A stretch of DNA of 64,000 nucleotides from an uncultured Chloroflexia bacterium. Its GTDB lineage: Bacteria > Chloroflexota > Limnocylindria > Limnocylindrales > CSP1-4. The position numbers and the translations under genes are program-made. How positions within the stretch are numbered: the first letter of the stretch is position 1; each line of letters opens with the position of its first letter. The stretch is taken from positions 3,292 to 67,291 of the forward strand of contig CAVPEU010000016.1 in the NCBI GenBank assembly GCA_963703575.1, given 5' to 3'. Positions 1-9,215 of this stretch are shown here, one piece after another. The notes beneath the pieces were generated by a model, which worked only from the letters and a program-made list of their open reading frames with translations, had not been told where the DNA came from and made no database searches.

Positions 1-524
1 GCGGCCGTCTTCTGGCCCTCCAGGCGGTACGGGTTGACGGAGTTGACGAGCGTGATCGGGTGCTCGTCCTGCTCGGCCAGGGCGCGGACCACGCGGAGCG
101 CCTCGTCGAAGTTGCCCCGCACGGCGATGACCCGCGCCCCGAACACGAGCGCCTGGAGCAGCTTGCCGACGGCGATCTTCCCGGCCGGCAGCACCACGAC
201 GCACTCGATCCCGGCCGCGGCGGCATACGCGGCGGCGGAGGCGGACGTGTTGCCGGTCGAGGCGCAGATCACGCTCCGGGCGCCGGCCTCCAGCGCCTTC
301 GCGACCGCCAGCACCATGCCCCGGTCCTTGAAGCTGCCGGTCGGGTTCTGGCCCTCGATCTTGAGGTGCAGGTTCCGGAGGCCGAGGCTCTCGCCCAGGC
401 GGCGGGCGTGGACCAGCGGCGTCCCCCCCTCGCCGAGCGACACGACGGGCGTGGCATCGGTGACCGGCAGGAACGCGCGGTAGTGCTCGACGAGGTTGGG
501 GCGCGGCGGGTTGGGCGGGGGCAT
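1..524 (-). CDS. thrC: Threonine synthase (partial; runs off window start)
   Basis: Manual translation from ATG 524 gives [24 protein letters not shown] (PLP lysine), [10 protein letters not shown] and [13 protein letters not shown]; lies downstream of hom. Confidence 0.95.
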   Translation of the reverse strand, partial: MPPPNPPRPNLVEHYRAFLPVTDATPVVSLGEGGTPLVHARRLGESLGLRNLHLKIEGQNPTGSFKDRGMVLAVAKALEAGARSVICASTGNTSASAAAYAAAAGIECVVVLPAGKIAVGKLLQALVFGARVIAVRGNFDEALRVVRALAEQDEHPITLVNSVNPYRLEGQKTA

Positions 525-532
525 GTCGGGGG

Positions 533-1654
533 TCAGTCCGCGGTGGGGTAGCAGGCGCCGGACGGCGCCGCCACGCATTCTGACGCCACCGGCCGCACCA
601 CGAGCCGGGACGGCTCGGTGGCCGGGGCGAGCCCCGCCCACGTGGAACCCACCCCCCGGGCGATCGCCACCAGGTCGCCGAGCACCGCGGACGCCGTGGC
701 GGACCCACCGGCGCCCGGCCCCTCGAACGCGACCCTGCCCACCGGCGTGGCGTCCACCTCGACCCGGTTGAGCACGCCGTCGCAGCGCCCGAACGGCGAA
801 CCGGCGGGAACCGCGGTGGGCACGACGGATGCCTCGATCGCCCCGTCCTCGGCCAGGCGGGCCGTCGCGATCAACCGCAGGGTCCGGCCCTCGGCGGCCA
901 TGGCCGCCATGTCGGCGGCGGTCACGCCCGTGATCCCCGGGGCGCCGTCCCGGCCGCGGGCGGTCCCCGGGCGGTTGCCCACGGAGGCCGGGGCGATCCA
1001 GGCGCCGAACGCGAGCCGGACGAGGATCACGAGCTTGCTGACCGCGTCCAGCCCCTCGACGTCCGCGGTCGGATCCGCCTCGGCGTAGCCGCGGGCCTGC
1101 GCGTCCGCGAGGACCTCGGCGTAGTCGCGGCCCTCGCGGGCCATCGCGCTGAGCATGAAGTTGGTCGTCCCGTTGACGATGCCGCGGACCCGCGCGACGC
1201 GGTTCGCGGCAAGGTCCTGCGCCAGGGGACCGAGCACGGGGATCCCGCCCCCGACGGCCGCCTCGAAGCGCAGCGGGACCCCGGTGTCGCGGGCCGCCTT
1301 CTCCAGCTCCGGCCCGTGATGGGCGAGCAGGTGCTTGTTCGCGGTGACGACGCCGCGACCGTTGGCGAGCGCGGCCCGGACCAGCGTGCGGGCGGGCTCG
1401 GCGCCGCCCATGACCTCGACCAGCACGTCCACCGCCGGATCCGCGACGAGGTGCGCGGGGGCGTCGGTCAGGAGCTCCTCGGGGATGCCGGCGGCCTTCG
1501 CCCCGGCGATGTCCCGGACCGCGACGCCGGCCAGCACGAGCGGCGCGCCGTCCGCCGGCTGGAGACGCGGTGAGCCCTCGAGGAACGCGCGGACGACCTC
1601 GCGGCCGACGGTGCCGGCGCCCAGGACGCCGACGCGCAGCGGCTGGACGCTCAC
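533..1654 (-). CDS. hom: Homoserine dehydrogenase
   Basis: GAGTVG Rossmann motif, [42 protein letters not shown]. Confidence 0.95.
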   Translation of the reverse strand: MSVQPLRVGVLGAGTVGREVVRAFLEGSPRLQPADGAPLVLAGVAVRDIAGAKAAGIPEELLTDAPAHLVADPAVDVLVEVMGGAEPARTLVRAALANGRGVVTANKHLLAHHGPELEKAARDTGVPLRFEAAVGGGIPVLGPLAQDLAANRVARVRGIVNGTTNFMLSAMAREGRDYAEVLADAQARGYAEADPTADVEGLDAVSKLVILVRLAFGAWIAPASVGNRPGTARGRDGAPGITGVTAADMAAMAAEGRTLRLIATARLAEDGAIEASVVPTAVPAGSPFGRCDGVLNRVEVDATPVGRVAFEGPGAGGSATASAVLGDLVAIARGVGSTWAGLAPATEPSRLVVRPVASECVAAPSGACYPTAD

Positions 1655-1776
1655 GATGGGAACGAGCTCACGGGATCACGCACGCGGGGGATGGTATCGC
1701 CCGTCGTGCGTGCCGGGCGTCTGATCGCCGTTCCTCACCCGGATGGGGCCGGATCGATCCCGTACACTCCCCCGCG

Positions 1777-2796
1777 ATGACCGTCGAGCTCGCCCCCGCC
1801 CCGGCGCCTGCCGCCGAGCCTGCCCCGCGTCCCCGGATCTTCTCCGGCATCCAGCCGTCCGGGATCGTCCACCTGGGCAACGACCTGGGCGCGATCCGGA
1901 ACTACGTGACGCTCCAGTACGTGTACGAGGCGATCTACTGCATCGTCGACTACCACGCCCTGACCAGCACCCACGACCCGGAGCTCATGCGCGCCCGCAC
2001 GCGCGAAATGGCGGCCGGCCTGCTCGCCCTGGGGCTGGACCCGGACCGCTGCACCCTGTTCGTGCAGAGCCACCGGCCGGAGCACACGGAGCTGATGTGG
2101 CTGCTCGCGACGGTCACGCCGGTGAGCTGGCTGGAGCGCACGCCGACGTACAAGGAGAAGAAGCAGAACCAGCCGGACGACGTCAACCACGGGCTGCTCT
2201 CGTACCCGGTCCTCCAGGCGGCGGACATCGTCATCTACAAGGCGGGGCTGGTGCCGGTCGGCAAGGACCAGGCCGCGCACCTCGAGCTCAGCCGGGAGAT
2301 CGTCCGGGCCTTCAACAACCGGTACGGCCAGACGTTCCCGGAGCCCGTGGCGGTCTACACGGAGGCGCCGGTCGTGCTGGGCACGGACGGCGTGCGGAAG
2401 ATGTCGAAGTCGATCGGGAACACCATCGACATCCTGGGCGAGCCGGAGCAGATCCGGAAGCAGGTCATGTCGATGGTCACCGACACGAAGCGGATCCTGC
2501 GCACGGACCCGGGGCGCCCCGAGGTGTGCAACGTGTGCCAGCTCCACCGCTTCTTCGGTGACGACTACGAGGAGGTCTGGGACGGGGAGCGCACGGCCCG
2601 CACAGGCTGCGTGGACACCAAGAAGCTGCTCGCCGAGCGGATCGTCCGCCACTACGCGCCCGCCCGCGAGCGGTACGCGGAGCTGATGGCGCATCCGGCC
2701 GAGGTCGACGGGGTCCTCGAGGCCGGCGCCGACCGCCTCAAGCCGATGGCCGAGGCCACGATGGCCGAGGTCCACGCGAAGATGGGCCTCCGCTGA
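1777..2796 (+). CDS. trpS: Tryptophan--tRNA ligase
   Basis: FSGIQPSG-HLGN (HIGH-like), YPVLQAADI, VPVGKDQ, KMSKS; start placed at ATG 1777. Confidence 0.95.
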   Translation: MTVELAPAPAPAAEPAPRPRIFSGIQPSGIVHLGNDLGAIRNYVTLQYVYEAIYCIVDYHALTSTHDPELMRARTREMAAGLLALGLDPDRCTLFVQSHRPEHTELMWLLATVTPVSWLERTPTYKEKKQNQPDDVNHGLLSYPVLQAADIVIYKAGLVPVGKDQAAHLELSREIVRAFNNRYGQTFPEPVAVYTEAPVVLGTDGVRKMSKSIGNTIDILGEPEQIRKQVMSMVTDTKRILRTDPGRPEVCNVCQLHRFFGDDYEEVWDGERTARTGCVDTKKLLAERIVRHYAPARERYAELMAHPAEVDGVLEAGADRLKPMAEATMAEVHAKMGLR

Positions 2797-2835
2797 GGGG
2801 TACACGGGCTCACGCGGGCGGCGTAGGCTGAGGCC

Positions 2836-4077
2836 ATGCCGATCGAGCTCACGGAGCGCCAGCGCCGTCTCATCGACGCGGTCCTCATCCTGGCGGTCAT
2901 CGCGCTCGGCTTCGTCGTGCTCGGCTACGCGGCCGCCGTGTTCTACACGTTCGGCGACATCCTGCTGCTGTTCTTCCTGTCCTGGCTGCTGTCGTTCGCG
3001 CTGCTGCCGCTGATCAAGGGCGTCTCCGCGCTCGTCCCGCGCCTGCCCCCGGCCGTGGCCGTGATCGTCGTCTACCTCGCGATCGTCGGCGTGCTGCTCG
3101 CCATCATCGTCCAGGCGTCGGCGAGCCTGGCACAGTCCATCGGCCAGTTCATCAACGACGCGCCGCAGTTCCAGGACCAGCTGGGCAACGTCCTGGCCGG
3201 CATCCAGGACCGGCTGGCCGGGCTCGGCTTCCAGGTGGACCTCGTCGGCCAGGCACCGGGCATCGTGGCGAACCTCCAGCGCTGGGCGGGCGAGCTGGTC
3301 GGGCCGCTCCAGTCGCTCGCGTTCGCGAGCATCGGCGTGTTCGGCAACATCCTGATCCTGGTCATCCTGTCGATCTACATCGCGCTGGACCGCGACCGGA
3401 TCCTCGCGTTCCTGAACCGCCTGGTCCCGCCGGGCGTGGCCCCCGCGGCGCTGTTGATCCAGGACAGCGTCTCGAGGTCGTTCGGCGGGTTCCTGCGCGG
3501 CCAGGTGATCCTGGGGCTCGTGTTCGGCGTGTTCACCGCGGTGGTCAACATCGCGTTCGGGCTGCAGTACGCGGCCCTGACGACGGTGGCCGCGGGGCTG
3601 CTGCAGATGATCCCGTTCTTCGGACCGTTCGTGTCCTGGGTGCCGCCGGTCGCGATCGCGCTGCTGTTCCGGCCGGAGGTCACGTTGCCCGTCCTCATCA
3701 TCATGGGCATCGCGTGGTTCGTGGTCATGAACGTCCTGTCGCCGCGGCTGATGTCGGACGCCGTGGGCATCCACCCGATCGTCGTCCTGGCGTCGGTCGT
3801 GATCGGGTCGAAGGTGGCGGGCATCGCGGGCGCGATCTTCGGGATCCCCGTCGCGGCCGTCCTGTCCGCGCTGTTCTTCCACTGGTTCGGGCGGTCGAGG
3901 GAGGGCGGCACGGTCACCGCCCGCGCCACGCAGCGCCTGACCCAGCGCGAGGGACACGAGGTCCGGGCGCCACGGGAGCCGGTGCCCGGCGTGGACGTGG
4001 ACGTGGATGATGTGGACAGGCACTCGGTGGACGGGCACTCGGTGCCCGGCTCCGCCGGCGTCGAAGGCAACCGGTGA
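2836..4077 (+). CDS. AI-2E family transporter (PerM-like)
   Basis: Many TM segments; GFLRGQ, IPFFGP, PRLMSDAVGIHP and GAIFGIP motifs. Confidence 0.88.
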   Translation: MPIELTERQRRLIDAVLILAVIALGFVVLGYAAAVFYTFGDILLLFFLSWLLSFALLPLIKGVSALVPRLPPAVAVIVVYLAIVGVLLAIIVQASASLAQSIGQFINDAPQFQDQLGNVLAGIQDRLAGLGFQVDLVGQAPGIVANLQRWAGELVGPLQSLAFASIGVFGNILILVILSIYIALDRDRILAFLNRLVPPGVAPAALLIQDSVSRSFGGFLRGQVILGLVFGVFTAVVNIAFGLQYAALTTVAAGLLQMIPFFGPFVSWVPPVAIALLFRPEVTLPVLIIMGIAWFVVMNVLSPRLMSDAVGIHPIVVLASVVIGSKVAGIAGAIFGIPVAAVLSALFFHWFGRSREGGTVTARATQRLTQREGHEVRAPREPVPGVDVDVDDVDRHSVDGHSVPGSAGVEGNR

Positions 4078-5102
4078 GCGACGGAACGGACGAGGGCGGC
4101 CAGGGCCCCGACATGACCCGGGAGCGCGCCCGGACCGAGCGACGGGACCTGGACAAGGAGCGGGGCGAGCCGCTGGCCGGGTCGCGCGGCGGGAAGCGGT
4201 CGCTCAAGCGCGTCGGCCGGCCGCTGGGCGACTGGACGACGAGACCGAGGATCCTCGTCACCAACGACGATGGCATCGAATCCCGCGGCATCCTCGCGCT
4301 CAAGCGCGCCCTCGAGCCGATCGGCGACGTCACCGTGGTGGCACCGGACACGAACCAGTCCGCCGTCGGCCACCAGAAGACCCTGATGCGCCCGCTGCGC
4401 GTCCGGGAGCGGACGCTCGCCGACGGCTCGACCGGCTACTCCATCGACGGCTCCCCCACCGACTGCGTCAGCCTCGCGTTCCTCGGCTTCTTCGAGGAGC
4501 GGTTCGACCTCGTCGCCTCGGGCATCAACTACGGCGCGAACCTGGGCGACGACATCACGTACTCGGGCACGGTCTCGGCGGCCATGGAGGCGGTCATCAA
4601 CAACTGCCCGGCATTCGCGATCTCGCAGGAGTACTACGAGCAGGTGGACTTCTCCCTGGCCGCCGCGGCGGCGGCCGTCGTCGCCCGGAACATCCTGGAG
4701 CACGGCCTGCGGCGCGGCGAGCTGCTCAGCGTCAACGTGCCGGCGACCTCGATCGAGGACTGCGAGGGATTCGAGGTCACGCGGGTCGGCCGGCGCATCT
4801 ACCAGGACGAGCTGATCCGGCGGCTGGACCCTCGCGGCATCCCCTACTACTGGATCGGCGGGCCGCCGCCGTCCGGCATCAGCGTCCCCGGCACCGACTT
4901 CAACGCCGTCGTGAACCGGCGGATCTCGGTCACGCCGATCCATCTCGACCTCACCGGCCGGCGCCTGCTCCGCCAGCTGAAGACGTGGGACTGGACGATC
5001 GAGGGGTCTGCCGTCCGGGCCGGCGGGACGGCCGAGGCACCCTCGCCGATGCCCGTCGGGGAGGCGCGGATCACGGAGGAGGCCCAGATCGAGCGCCGGT
5101 AG
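4074..5102 (+). CDS. surE: 5'/3'-nucleotidase SurE
   Basis: ILVTNDDGI, VVAP..NQSA, GSPTDCV, SGINYGANLGDDITYSGTV; start could be 4074 or 4113. Confidence 0.95.
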   Translation: MSDGTDEGGQGPDMTRERARTERRDLDKERGEPLAGSRGGKRSLKRVGRPLGDWTTRPRILVTNDDGIESRGILALKRALEPIGDVTVVAPDTNQSAVGHQKTLMRPLRVRERTLADGSTGYSIDGSPTDCVSLAFLGFFEERFDLVASGINYGANLGDDITYSGTVSAAMEAVINNCPAFAISQEYYEQVDFSLAAAAAAVVARNILEHGLRRGELLSVNVPATSIEDCEGFEVTRVGRRIYQDELIRRLDPRGIPYYWIGGPPPSGISVPGTDFNAVVNRRISVTPIHLDLTGRRLLRQLKTWDWTIEGSAVRAGGTAEAPSPMPVGEARITEEAQIERR

Positions 5103-5110
5103 CGACGGTT

Positions 5111-5473
5111 CCGCTCCGTGTGCCGCTCCGTGTGCCGCTCCGTGTGCCGCGGGGGTCGGCCGTCCCGCCGGATGGCCCGGGCGGCGGGGGGCGGGCAGCC
5201 CCGCAGGGATGGCCCCGACCGGGTGGTTCCGAACACGCGGAACGATCGACGGTACCGGCCCGGGATCGCCCGCGCCGCGGACGGCCCGGGGGGCGGGGTC
5301 GGCCGCTCCGCAGCACCGGCCCGGGGGGCGGGGTCGGCCACCTGGCACGCCGCCCTGCCTCGCAGGGATGGCCCGGGCAGCCGGGGGCGGGCAGCCCCGC
5401 AGGGATGGCCCCGACCGGGTGGTTCCGAACACGCGGAACGATCGACCATACCGGCTCGGGATCGCCCTCGCCG
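5111..5473. repeat. Intergenic repeat cluster: 12-bp tandem x3 plus two ~105-bp direct repeats
   Basis: CCGCTCCGTGTG x3 at 5111-5150; near-identical copies at ~5170-5277 and ~5367-5473 (GGATGGCCCCGACCGGGTGGTTCCGAACACGCGGAACGATCGAC). Confidence 0.9.
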
Positions 5474-5585
5474 ATCGATGGAGTCATTCCGCATGACTGG
5501 AACCAGTGGACGGGCGACGTTCCGGGGTCAGGGGCACGGCCGGCTCCCGCGCGCGGCGGCGACCCCGCGCGAGACGCGAGAAGGG

Positions 5586-7289
5586 CTAGCGCTGGCGCCG
5601 CTGCTTCCGGCGGTCCGCCAGGATCTCGCGCGCCGCGTTGCGCCCGGGGGCGCCCGTGACGCCGCCGCCCGGGTGCGCGCCCGAGCCCGCGAGGTAGAGG
5701 CCCTCGACGGGCATCCGGTAGCGAGCCCAGCCGAGGAGCGGCCGCCACAGGAAGAATGAGTCGAGCGACGGCTCCGCGTGCAGCGGATGGCCGCCTGACA
5801 GGCCGTACTCCGTCTCGAGATCCGCCGGCGTCAGCACCTGGCGGGCGGTGACCCGCCCGCCGATCCCGGGCGCCACCGTCTCCAGGGTCCGGATCGCGAG
5901 GTCGCCGACCTCGTCGCGCCGGGCGGCCCAGTCTCCGTCGGCCGGGATCGTCGGGACCCACTGGAGGAGCACGCTCATCACGTGGGTGCCCTCGGGCGCA
6001 CCGGCGACCAGCGATGGATCCACCAGGGACGGGATCGTCGCCTCCAGTACCGGGGATTCCGGCAGCCGCCCGTACTTCGACGGGTCGAAGGCCCGCTCCA
6101 TGTCGTCGATCGAGGTCGTGCCGACCTGGATCCGGCCGCGAAGCAACCGCGGGTCGCCGGCCGCCGCCGGGAACGCCGGCAGCCCGTCCAGCACGAGGTT
6201 GATCTTGGCCACGGTCCCGGGCGTCCGGATGTTGCCGGCCCGCCAGCGCATCGCCGGGCCCAGCGTCACCGGGTCCACGAGCTCGGTGAGCAGGCGCTTC
6301 GGGTCCAGGCCCGAGACGACGGCCGGCGCCGTGATCTCCTCGCCGGAGGCCAGCCGGACACCGGTGACGGCACCGTCCGTGGTGGTGACGGCGGCCACCC
6401 GCGCACCGGTGCGGATCTCGGCCCCGGCGGCCTGGGCCGCCGCTGCGAGCGCCTCGGCCAGCGCGGACGGCCCGCCCTTTGCGTACACCGTCTCGCCGGC
6501 GGCCCCACCGTCGTTGCCCGCGGCCTCCCCCAGCAGGACGGCCGTCGAGCCCGCGGACCAGGGGCCCATCGCGGTGTACCGGACGGCCCGCCAGGCGAGC
6601 GTGGCACGGATGGGCTCCGACGCGAACGATTCGGCCACGAAGTCCGCCGCCGCCATCGGCAGCACGCGCAGGATGGTGCGTCCGTCGTCCCTGCCCAGGC
6701 CGCGGAAGGCGCGCCCCAGCCGGAGTCCCAGCAGCGCGTCGCCGACGCCCGGCGTCCGGATCTCCGGCGGCGCCTCGTCGCCGAGGTCCGCGAGGAATCG
6801 TGACAGCGTCCGGACCCGGCGATCGAACTCCACGTAGGCGGCCGCGTCGTCCTCGGACCAGGTGCGCAGCGCGTCCACCGTCTTCGCGAGGTCGGCCCAC
6901 AGGGTCACCGCGCGGCCGTCGGCCTGGGGCGCGAACACGCGGACCTCCGGCGCGACGAGCGACAGGCCGTACCGGGCCAGCTCCAGCTCACGGACCACGG
7001 AGGGTCGCAGCCTGCCGACCGTGTGGGCAAGCGACGGGACCTTGACGCCCCGCCCCAGCTCCTCGGTGATCGTGGCGCCGCCCACCCGGCCCCGCGCCTC
7101 GAGGACGAGGACGTGGAGCCCGCCGCGAGCCAGGTAGGCGGCGGCCGTGAGCCCGTTGTGGCCGGCGCCGACGACGATCGCGTCGAAGGCGGGTGCCACG
7201 CCGGCCGGGGTCGCCCCGGCCGAGGGCGACGTGGCCGCGGTCGAGCTGGCCGAGGTCGAGCTGGCAGGGGCCAGCGTGGTCGTCGCCAT
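5586..7289 (-). CDS. NAD(P)/FAD-dependent oxidoreductase, phytoene-dehydrogenase-like (COG1233)
   Basis: VGAGHNGLTAAAYLARGG..VLE; C-terminal GLYLAGSGAHPGGGVTGAPGRNAA. Confidence 0.88.
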   Translation of the reverse strand: MATTTLAPASSTSASSTAATSPSAGATPAGVAPAFDAIVVGAGHNGLTAAAYLARGGLHVLVLEARGRVGGATITEELGRGVKVPSLAHTVGRLRPSVVRELELARYGLSLVAPEVRVFAPQADGRAVTLWADLAKTVDALRTWSEDDAAAYVEFDRRVRTLSRFLADLGDEAPPEIRTPGVGDALLGLRLGRAFRGLGRDDGRTILRVLPMAAADFVAESFASEPIRATLAWRAVRYTAMGPWSAGSTAVLLGEAAGNDGGAAGETVYAKGGPSALAEALAAAAQAAGAEIRTGARVAAVTTTDGAVTGVRLASGEEITAPAVVSGLDPKRLLTELVDPVTLGPAMRWRAGNIRTPGTVAKINLVLDGLPAFPAAAGDPRLLRGRIQVGTTSIDDMERAFDPSKYGRLPESPVLEATIPSLVDPSLVAGAPEGTHVMSVLLQWVPTIPADGDWAARRDEVGDLAIRTLETVAPGIGGRVTARQVLTPADLETEYGLSGGHPLHAEPSLDSFFLWRPLLGWARYRMPVEGLYLAGSGAHPGGGVTGAPGRNAAREILADRRKQRRQR

Positions 7290-7290
7290 G

Positions 7291-8913
7291 TCAGGCCACC
7301 TTCCGGCCGCGGGCCCGCAGGACCTCGAGCGCGGCGAGACGCCCGTTGGCGCCCATCAGCCCGCCACCCGGGTGCGTGGAGGATCCGGACAGCCACAGGT
7401 TCCGGATCGGCGTCCGGAACCGGGCGTAGCCGGGCACCGGCCGGTTGAAGAACAGCTGCTCCAGGGACAGCTCGCCCTGGAAGATGTTGCCCTCGGTCAG
7501 GCCCATCGTCCGCTCGATGTCGAGCGGCGTGAGCACCTGGCGGCCGATGATGATGTCCCGGATGTTGGGCGCGAACTCCGCGATCCGGTCGATCACCGCA
7601 TCGCCGAACGCCTCGCGGTTGTCGTCCCAGGTGCCGAGCCCCGGGGCCAGCTTGTACGGCGCGTACTGGACGAAGCAGCTGATGACGTGCTTGCCGGGCG
7701 GCGCCATCTGTGGGTCCACGAGGGTCGGGATGATCATGTCCACGTACGGGCGGCGACTCCAGTGCCCGTACTTCGCGTCGTCGTACGCCTGCTCCATCTC
7801 CCGCATCGACGGGCTGAAGCTGATCGCCCCGCGGAGGTGCTCGCCCTCGCCGGGAAGGCAGGTGAAGTCCGGCAGCCGGTCGACGGCCAGGTTGACCTTG
7901 CCCGAGCTGCCGCGGAACTTGAACCGCCGGACCTCCTGCTCGAACTCCGGGTCCAGCGAGCCCGGCTCCAGGAGGTCCAGGAAGGTGACCTTCGCGTCGG
8001 CGGACGAGAGCACGACCGAGGCCTCGATCTCCTCGCCGCTGTCGAGCGCGACGCCCGTGGCCCGCCCGTCACGGACCATGATCCGCGCCACCGGGGCCTC
8101 GGTGCGGATCTCCGCGCCCAGCGCCCGGGCGGCGCCGGCGATCGCGTAGGACACGCCGCCGGTCCCGCCCTTGGGGATGCCCCAGGCGCGGAAGGCGCCG
8201 TCGATCTCGCCCATGTAGTGGTGCAGCAGCACGTAGGCCGTGCCGGGGGAGCGGATCCCCTGGTACGTGCCGATGATCCCGGACGCCGACATCGTGGCCT
8301 TGAGCGGGTCCGTCTCGAACCACTGCTCGAGGAAGTCGGCCGCGGACATCGTCATCAGCTGGACGAACACCGCCTGCTGGCGCTCCGGCAGCCGGCCGAA
8401 GCGGCGCGCGAGGCCCGCCAGGGGCATCAGCGGACGCGGATCGTTGTCCGTCGGGTCCGGCGGCACGATGCCCAGGATCGGCTTGATGAACCGCGCCATC
8501 TCGACCATCAGCTGGCCGTACTCCTCGTACGCCTCGGCATCGTTCTTCGACCAGCGGCGGAGCTCGCGAACGGTGCGGCCGTGGTCGTTGACCCGCCACA
8601 GGTAGTCGCCACCGCCGGCCTTCGGGCCCTCGCCGGGGCGGAGCGGGGTGAACGTGCCGTCGAGCGGCAGGATGTCCAGGCCGTGCCTGGGGAGGTCCAG
8701 GTCCCGGATGATCTCCGGGCGGAGCAGGCTGACGACGTAGCTCGCGACGGAGAAGCGGAAGCCCGGCACGATCTCCTCGGTCACCGCGGCGCCGCCGAGC
8801 ACGTGCCGCCGCTCCAGGACGAGCGTCCTGAGCCCGGCCCGCGCCAGGTACGCGGCGGAGATGAGCCCGTTGTGCCCTCCGCCGATGATCACCGCGTCGT
8901 AGCGCTGCGACAC
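7291..8913 (-). CDS. NAD(P)/FAD-dependent oxidoreductase, phytoene-dehydrogenase-like (COG1233/PYROXD2-like)
   Basis: IIGGGHNGL..AAYLA, TAYVLLHH, GNIFQGEL, GSSTHPGGG. Confidence 0.88.
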   Translation of the reverse strand: MSQRYDAVIIGGGHNGLISAAYLARAGLRTLVLERRHVLGGAAVTEEIVPGFRFSVASYVVSLLRPEIIRDLDLPRHGLDILPLDGTFTPLRPGEGPKAGGGDYLWRVNDHGRTVRELRRWSKNDAEAYEEYGQLMVEMARFIKPILGIVPPDPTDNDPRPLMPLAGLARRFGRLPERQQAVFVQLMTMSAADFLEQWFETDPLKATMSASGIIGTYQGIRSPGTAYVLLHHYMGEIDGAFRAWGIPKGGTGGVSYAIAGAARALGAEIRTEAPVARIMVRDGRATGVALDSGEEIEASVVLSSADAKVTFLDLLEPGSLDPEFEQEVRRFKFRGSSGKVNLAVDRLPDFTCLPGEGEHLRGAISFSPSMREMEQAYDDAKYGHWSRRPYVDMIIPTLVDPQMAPPGKHVISCFVQYAPYKLAPGLGTWDDNREAFGDAVIDRIAEFAPNIRDIIIGRQVLTPLDIERTMGLTEGNIFQGELSLEQLFFNRPVPGYARFRTPIRNLWLSGSSTHPGGGLMGANGRLAALEVLRARGRKVA

Positions 8914-9014
8914 GCCACCCTCCAGTCCGGGGACCTGAGCGACCGGTCGGGCGCGACGGGGTCGGCGCCTGCGATCGCTATCCAGCCTGCATAGTCCCGA
9001 TGCAGTCTAGTCGA

Positions 9015-9209
9015 CGCGGCGGGTGGGCCGCGGGATGGGCCGGCGCGTCGCGTCGGCGTCTCGGGCGCCACTCGCACCGCCGGCTCGCCGACTCCCTGGT
9101 GGCGGGGGTGGCCTGGGACTTCGACGCCACGGTCGTCACCCGGAATCCCCGGGACTTCGAGTCCCAGGGTGTCCGCGTCCTCGCCTACGGGCAGGCTCCG
9201 GCCGCCTGA
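9015..9209 (+). pseudogene. C-terminal remnant of a PIN-domain (VapC-like) toxin
   Basis: LADSLVAGVA...ATVVTRNPRDF is a typical PIN C-terminus; no N-terminal half and no antitoxin. Confidence 0.7.
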
Positions 9210-9215
9210 CCCGCG

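Noticed and set aside
5111-5473. Possible CRISPR array
   Set aside because: Only two long units plus spacerless tandem repeats; no cas genes in the window.
5586-8913. Carotenoid biosynthesis (crtI) assignment
   Set aside because: No crtB/crtE nearby; motifs fit the PYROXD2-like branch and the context is amino-acid catabolism.
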